Shown here: positions 42,482-46,685 of the stretch, one piece after another
Position numbering within the stretch: the stretch's first letter is position 1
Layout: every line of letters starts with the position of its first letter
Assembly: GCA_049522055.1 (NCBI GenBank)
Contig: JBEKOF010000001.1
Location: 1-46,685 of the forward strand
DNA: 46,685 nucleotides
From: Verrucomicrobiota bacterium
GTDB taxonomy: Bacteria; Verrucomicrobiota; Verrucomicrobiia; Limisphaerales; Palsa-1400
Direction of reading: 5' to 3'
Notes under the pieces: model-generated
Told to the model about the DNA's origin: nothing
What the model saw: only the letters and a program-made list of their open reading frames with translations
Database searches by the model: none
Position numbers and translations under genes: made by a program

Positions 42482-43663
42482 ATGAACATGCATTCGGCAG
42501 GATTTCCGTTGCGCCCGGCCTGGGTCGAGATTGACCTCGCCCGGCTCCGGCGCAATCTGCAACTCATCCGCCAGGAACTCCCCCCCGCGGTCAAATTGCT
42601 GGCCATCGTCAAGGACGAGGCCTACGGCCACGGCGCCCTAGAGGTGGCGCAAATCGCCCTCGAGGAAGGGGCGCACGGCTTGGGTCTGAGCACTCTGGAA
42701 GAAGCGATGACGTTGCGCGACGCCGGCATCACCGCGCCGCTGTTGCTGCTGGGCGAGCGGCAGGAGGCGGAATTGCCCTGGTGCGTGGAACATGACCTCA
42801 CCGTCTGCGTGAACGAGACCAACACCGCGCGCCTGCTGGCCCGCGCCGCCGCCGCCGCCGGGAGATGCGTCCCGGTGCATGTGAAAATCCACACGGGCAT
42901 GAGCCGCTACGGGGCGCGCTGGGACGAGGCGCTGCCGTTGTTCGATTTGATACGCGGGCAAAAGTCCCTGCGCCTGGAAGGGGCCATGACGCACTTCGCC
43001 CAATCCGATGAGGCGGACAAGAGCTTCGCCCTGCTGCAGATTTCCCGCTTTGACGAGGTGATGCGCGCGCTGAAGCGCGGCGGCATTGAGGTTCCCTGCC
43101 AGCACCTTTGCAACAGCGGGGGCTTCCTGGATTTGCCGGCGGCGCATCGGGACATGGTGCGCGCCGGGATTTTGATGTATGGGATTTTTCCCTCCAGCGT
43201 CTGCCGGCGCATTGCGGGCATCCAGCCGGTGATGTCGGTCAAGGCCCGCATCGCCGCGATCCAACACCTCAAGGCCGGGGAAGTCGTCGGCTATGGGATG
43301 CGCTACACGGCGCCCAGCCCGCGGCGGATCGCCATCCTGCCGATCGGTTACGGGGACGGCTTCCCGCGGGTGCGCAACGCGGGCGCGGCGCTGATCCGCG
43401 GGCGGCGCGCCCCGCTGGTGGGCGGGGTGGCGATGGACGCGATCACGGTGGATATCACCGCGATTGCCGAGGCGCAAATGTGGGACGAAGCTATCATCAT
43501 GGGGAGCCAGGGCCGCGAGGAGATCAACGTCCACGAGATGGCGCAATTGAAAAACTCCGTCAGCTACGAGGTGCTCACCAGTTGGCGTCTGCGCTTGCGG
43601 AGGAAAACCGTCAATGGCGGACCGAAGGCGACCCGCGCGGCGGCGGGGGTTTTGAGCGCATGA
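42482..43663 (+). CDS. alr: alanine racemase
   Basis: WVEIDLARLRRNLQLIR, the PLP-Lys block LAIVKDEAYGHG, HVKIHTGMSRYG, THFAQSDE, GYGDGFPR, GGVAMDAITVD. ATG start at 42482 (ORF-track TTG at 42479). Confidence 0.9.
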   Translation: MNMHSAGFPLRPAWVEIDLARLRRNLQLIRQELPPAVKLLAIVKDEAYGHGALEVAQIALEEGAHGLGLSTLEEAMTLRDAGITAPLLLLGERQEAELPWCVEHDLTVCVNETNTARLLARAAAAAGRCVPVHVKIHTGMSRYGARWDEALPLFDLIRGQKSLRLEGAMTHFAQSDEADKSFALLQISRFDEVMRALKRGGIEVPCQHLCNSGGFLDLPAAHRDMVRAGILMYGIFPSSVCRRIAGIQPVMSVKARIAAIQHLKAGEVVGYGMRYTAPSPRRIAILPIGYGDGFPRVRNAGAALIRGRRAPLVGGVAMDAITVDITAIAEAQMWDEAIIMGSQGREEINVHEMAQLKNSVSYEVLTSWRLRLRRKTVNGGPKATRAAAGVLSA

Positions 43664-44463
43664 AACTTCTGTTTTCGGAGCACAAATCCAACTACGCGCG
43701 TTACCAGTTTCCCTACGCGATCTGGGCGGTGCCCGAGGCGGGGGAAACGCCGGCCGATCTTTTCCAGGCCGGCTTCCTGCCCTCCTCGCGCAACCTGGAC
43801 CGCTATTATCTCTGCCGGCATATCCGGGTGAACCTGGCCGACTACAAGGCGACGACGGAGAACCGCCGCATCCTGCGCAAAGGGGCGGGCATTGAGGCGC
43901 GGCTGGTGGCGCGGGGCGAATTTGATTACACCCCCGAACGCCGGGAGTTCTACAAGACTTACGCCGACATCAAATTTGGCAAGGACGTGATGAGCTACGA
44001 GCGGTTGGACTCGCTGTTCGATTCGCCCGTCATCTCGCACCTGCTGGTGTTCACCGACACGGTGAAGAACGCCGAGGTGGGGGTCTCGACGCTGTTCGTG
44101 GAGGGCCGGGAGCTGGCCTACTATTACTACGCCTTTTACGACCTCAACTACTACTCGCGCAATCTGGGGATGTACATGATGACCTCGGCGGTGGCGCTCT
44201 TCACCGAGCGCCGCTGCCGCCGTCTATATCTGGGCACGTGCTACTCGCGCTCGGCGCTCTACAAGACCCAATTCACCGGCGCCGAATTCTTCAACGGGGT
44301 GCGCTGGAGCGGCGACCTGGCGGAGCTGAAATTCATCCTGCGCCGCGACGCGGGCGAACTTTCCGAGCACCTGCTGGAGGACGAGGATTACCGCCGCCAA
44401 TTCCACGGCGGCAGTCTTGATGAAATTGCGCAGGCCAGTTCTTTTCGGATCAAAGCCGGGTGA
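43660..44463 (+). CDS. ATE_C/Bpt-like (arginyl- or leucyl-tRNA--protein transferase family) protein lacking the Cys-rich N domain
   Basis: Start at ATG 43660 inside ORF 43108..44463, overlapping the alr TGA (ATGA). RHIRVNLADYKATTENRRILRKG and YYYYAFYDLNYYSRNLGMYMMTSAVALFTERRCRRLYLGTCYSRSALYKTQFTGAEFFNGVRW parallel the Bpt/Ate1 C-terminal blocks (from memory). Confidence 0.5.
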   Translation: MKLLFSEHKSNYARYQFPYAIWAVPEAGETPADLFQAGFLPSSRNLDRYYLCRHIRVNLADYKATTENRRILRKGAGIEARLVARGEFDYTPERREFYKTYADIKFGKDVMSYERLDSLFDSPVISHLLVFTDTVKNAEVGVSTLFVEGRELAYYYYAFYDLNYYSRNLGMYMMTSAVALFTERRCRRLYLGTCYSRSALYKTQFTGAEFFNGVRWSGDLAELKFILRRDAGELSEHLLEDEDYRRQFHGGSLDEIAQASSFRIKAG

Positions 44464-44601
44464 CCTTTTTTGGCGGTGCTGCTCTTAATCCTGATGCAAT
44501 AAACCTGAAGAGGTCCGGATTGGTATGACGATTAAGATCGGGATTGGGAATTGAGAAAAACCGCGTGCCGCCCCGCCCAAGGCGGGGTAAAGTGCGCTGC
44601 T

Positions 44602-45135
44602 GTGAACGACGCGCGCCAAATCGAAAATCTCACCCTGGTGGGTTTCATGGGCGCCGGCAAATCCACCGTCGGGCGCATTGTCGCCGAGCAGTTGCAGTTC
44701 GACTTTGTTGATACCGACGCGCTGATCGAGTCGCGCCTGGGAACATCCATCGGCGACATATTCGACCGGGAAGGGGAGGCGGCTTTTCGTCAATACGAAA
44801 AACAAGAGGTCGTGGAATTGGCCAAGCGCCGCCGCCTGGTCATCGCCGCCGGGGGCGGGCTGGTGATGGACCCGGAGAACATGGCGAGCCTGAAGACCCA
44901 TTCGCTGGTGGTCTGTTTGTGGGCTTCGCCGGAAACGCTCTGGGAGCGGGTGCGCGAGCAAACGCACCGGCCGTTGTTGCAGGGGCCGGACCCGCCGGCC
45001 AAAATCCGCGAAATGCTGGCGGCTCGCGGCCCGGCCTATCGGCAGGCGGACGTGCTGATCCACAGCGGTTTTCGTTCCCCCAAGGAACTGGCGCAGCAGC
45101 TGGTCCATCAATTCCACCTTGCCCGGAAAAAGTGA
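44602..45135 (+). CDS. aroK: shikimate kinase
   Basis: NLTLVGFMGAGKSTVGRIVAEQLQFDFVDTDALIE..GDIFDREGEAAFRQYE..VIAAGGG. The start is uncertain (GTG 44602 preferred over ORF-track 44551). Confidence 0.85.
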   Translation: MNDARQIENLTLVGFMGAGKSTVGRIVAEQLQFDFVDTDALIESRLGTSIGDIFDREGEAAFRQYEKQEVVELAKRRRLVIAAGGGLVMDPENMASLKTHSLVVCLWASPETLWERVREQTHRPLLQGPDPPAKIREMLAARGPAYRQADVLIHSGFRSPKELAQQLVHQFHLARKK

Positions 45136-46181
45136 AGGCGGCCATCCAGGAACGCGCGCGCCAGGAGGGCTTCGACGCCTGCCAAATCACCTCCGCCCGG
45201 CCGCCCGGCCACGCCGCGCATTTTGAACGCTGGCTCACGGAGGGCCGCCACGGCCAGATGGCTTACCTGGAGCGCAACGCGCACAAGCGGGCGGATCCGG
45301 CGCAAGTGCTGGCGGCCGCCCGGAGCATCATCACGCTGGCCGCCAGCTACGCTGTCAAGAATACAGAAGCGCCGTCCGCGGCGGCGCGGCCCCGCGGCGA
45401 AATCGCGCGCTACGCGCGGTTCTCGGATTACCACCAGGCGCTGGGCGCCCGTCTGCGGTCGCTGACGGCGTTTGTCAATCAAATGGGCGGTCCGGCCACG
45501 CGCTCCTTGTGGTATGTGGACACGGGGCCAATGCTGGAGCGGGACCTGGCCCAGCGCGCCGGGCTGGGGTTCATCGGCAAACACACCAACCTGATCAGCC
45601 GCAAGCTGGGCAACTGGTTCTTCCTGGCGGAAATCATCACCACGCTGGAACTGCCGGCCGACGCGCCGGAGAAAAACCATTGCGGCTCCTGCCGCCGCTG
45701 TCTGACCGCCTGCCCGACGGCCGCGATCATCGCGCCATTCCAACTGGACGCCCGCCGCTGCATTTCCTACCTGACCATCGAATTGCAAGGCGCCATTCCG
45801 GTGGAATTGCGTCCGGCGCTGGGGAATCGGATTTACGGGTGCGACGATTGCCTGGCGGTCTGTCCCTGGAACCGATTCGCCCGGGAGGGTTCGCTGATGG
45901 CGCCCCATCGCCGCGCGGACCTGACCGCGCCTGATTTGGCGGGGTTGTTGACGCTGGACGAGCCGGCCTTCAAGGCGCGTTTCGCCGGGACGCCCATTCT
46001 GCGCGCCAAGCGGCGCGGCTTCTTGCGCAATGTTTGCGTTGCGCTGGGGAATGTGGGCGACCCAGGCGCCCTGGCGGCCTTGCAGCGAGCCGCCTCGGAT
46101 CCCGAACCGCTGATCGCCGAACATGCGGCCTGGGCGAGCCGACAGATTGAGGCAGCGCGGCAAGCCGCAACCAAAAGCTGA
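45132..46181 (+). CDS. queG: epoxyqueuosine reductase
   Basis: GTG 45132 overlaps the aroK stop (GTGA). HGQMAYLERN, RYARFSDYH, WYVDTGPMLERDLAQRAGLGFIGKHTNLI, the 4Fe-4S motifs CGSCRRCLTACPT and CDDCLAVCPWN, and C-terminal HEAT-like repeats. Confidence 0.9.
   Translation: MKAAIQERARQEGFDACQITSARPPGHAAHFERWLTEGRHGQMAYLERNAHKRADPAQVLAAARSIITLAASYAVKNTEAPSAAARPRGEIARYARFSDYHQALGARLRSLTAFVNQMGGPATRSLWYVDTGPMLERDLAQRAGLGFIGKHTNLISRKLGNWFFLAEIITTLELPADAPEKNHCGSCRRCLTACPTAAIIAPFQLDARRCISYLTIELQGAIPVELRPALGNRIYGCDDCLAVCPWNRFAREGSLMAPHRRADLTAPDLAGLLTLDEPAFKARFAGTPILRAKRRGFLRNVCVALGNVGDPGALAALQRAASDPEPLIAEHAAWASRQIEAARQAATKS
46152..46177. repeat. 26-nt element GCAGCGCGGCAAGCCGCAACCAAAAG (inverted copy of 42299-42324)
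   Basis: Exact reverse complement match. It encodes the last residues of queG (..AARQAATKS). Confidence 0.9.
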
Positions 46182-46365
46182 ATCTGAATTGAAAATTGGT
46201 CCTTGAGAATTTGTCATTTGTCATTGGGAAAGACGATTCGGAAAACTTTGCTAAAAATGCGCAACTTTCGGATATAGCACTGCAAGGAAGAAGGAGGCCG
46301 GATGACCCAGCCGCGTTCCCCCGGCATCAGGGCAGAAGTCAAAGCAACGTATCTTACTCTGAAAA

Positions 46366-46409
46366 GGAACATGCCGCATTGACCTTGTGAAATGCGGCAT
46401 GTTCATTTT
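46366..46409. terminator. bidirectional-looking intrinsic terminator hairpin
   Basis: GAACATGCCGCATT-gaccttgtga-AATGCGGCATGTTC (14-bp perfect stem), followed by ATTTTA on the + strand and preceded by the complement of CTTTTC. Confidence 0.6.
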
Positions 46410-46520
46410 AAAAACGCCATTGGATTTGTCGAGAAAAATATTTTGGGGGGAGTTAGGGTCGAATCATTAGAGCGGTTTAAGAAAAAGTGTAGCCACCCGC
46501 TACTTGCCGAGGGCCTCTGA

Positions 46521-46610
46521 AGGTAGGGTCGTCTCGCCGAGGCGACCGCCTCGGCAAGAACCACCCACGGACGCCTCGGCGAGGCGACCCTGCTATGGGA
46601 ATTGTCAAGC
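46521..46610. repeat. REP-like dispersed element, double-hairpin copy C
   Basis: GGTCGTCTCG-cc-GAGGCGACC (46528-46548), then GACCGCCTCGGCAAGAACCACCCACGGACGCCTCGGCGAGGCGACC..GTCAAG, matching 14566-14635. Confidence 0.85.
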
Positions 46611-46685
46611 GAGCTTTCGTCTTTATTTCATAGTTCCTTTCGGCTTGAGGGGTCAATGGTTCATTTCGGAGCGTTTCCTCTTCAA

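Noticed and set aside
42299-46177. The 26-nt inverted repeats as terminal inverted repeats of a transposon
   Set aside because: The enclosed genes are housekeeping (alr, ATE-like, aroK, queG) with no transposase, and one repeat lies inside queG coding sequence. I could not verify target-site duplications. A REP-family interpretation is simpler.

Overview
High-GC chromosomal segment (about 60% by eye) with long antisense shadow ORFs, many Ser/Thr kinases and giant secreted repeat proteins. This suggests a PVC-superphylum (Verrucomicrobiota-like) genome, but that is an inference with no marker gene behind it. I support about 42 protein genes and found no rRNA, tRNA, CRISPR array, transposase or integrase. 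Housekeeping content: glnB-glnA (glnA runs off the left edge and is missing from the ORF track), rpmI-rplT-pheS, lpxK-waaF, cysE, ogt, alr, aroK-queG. Accessory or unusual content: (1) a roughly 10.2-kb tightly coupled operon pilN-pilO-pilP-secretin followed by two giant NHL/cohesin/dockerin-like secreted paralogs, with no pilM, ATPase or pilin genes (my top candidate for an undescribed system); (2) a radC cut down to its HhH domain, abutting an 866-aa Zn-ribbon amino-methyltransferase with a Lys-less nuclease-like C-terminus; (3) intact kdpB-kdpC with no kdpA, kdpF or kdpDE, preceded by a coupled 37-codon uORF and followed by a stand-alone Usp; (4) a YtrA-type regulator, an ABC ATPase and a double ABC-2 permease fused to an RCC1-like propeller; (5) alr coupled to an ATE_C/Bpt-like transferase; (6) a low-GC3 islet with a class II Fic; (7) a ParE/RelE-type toxin-antitoxin pair in which the toxin frame lies in frame behind the antitoxin stop and has no start codon. 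Several short dispersed repeat (REP-like) families recur in the intergenic regions. All product calls come from motif recognition by eye and memory. No database search was run.
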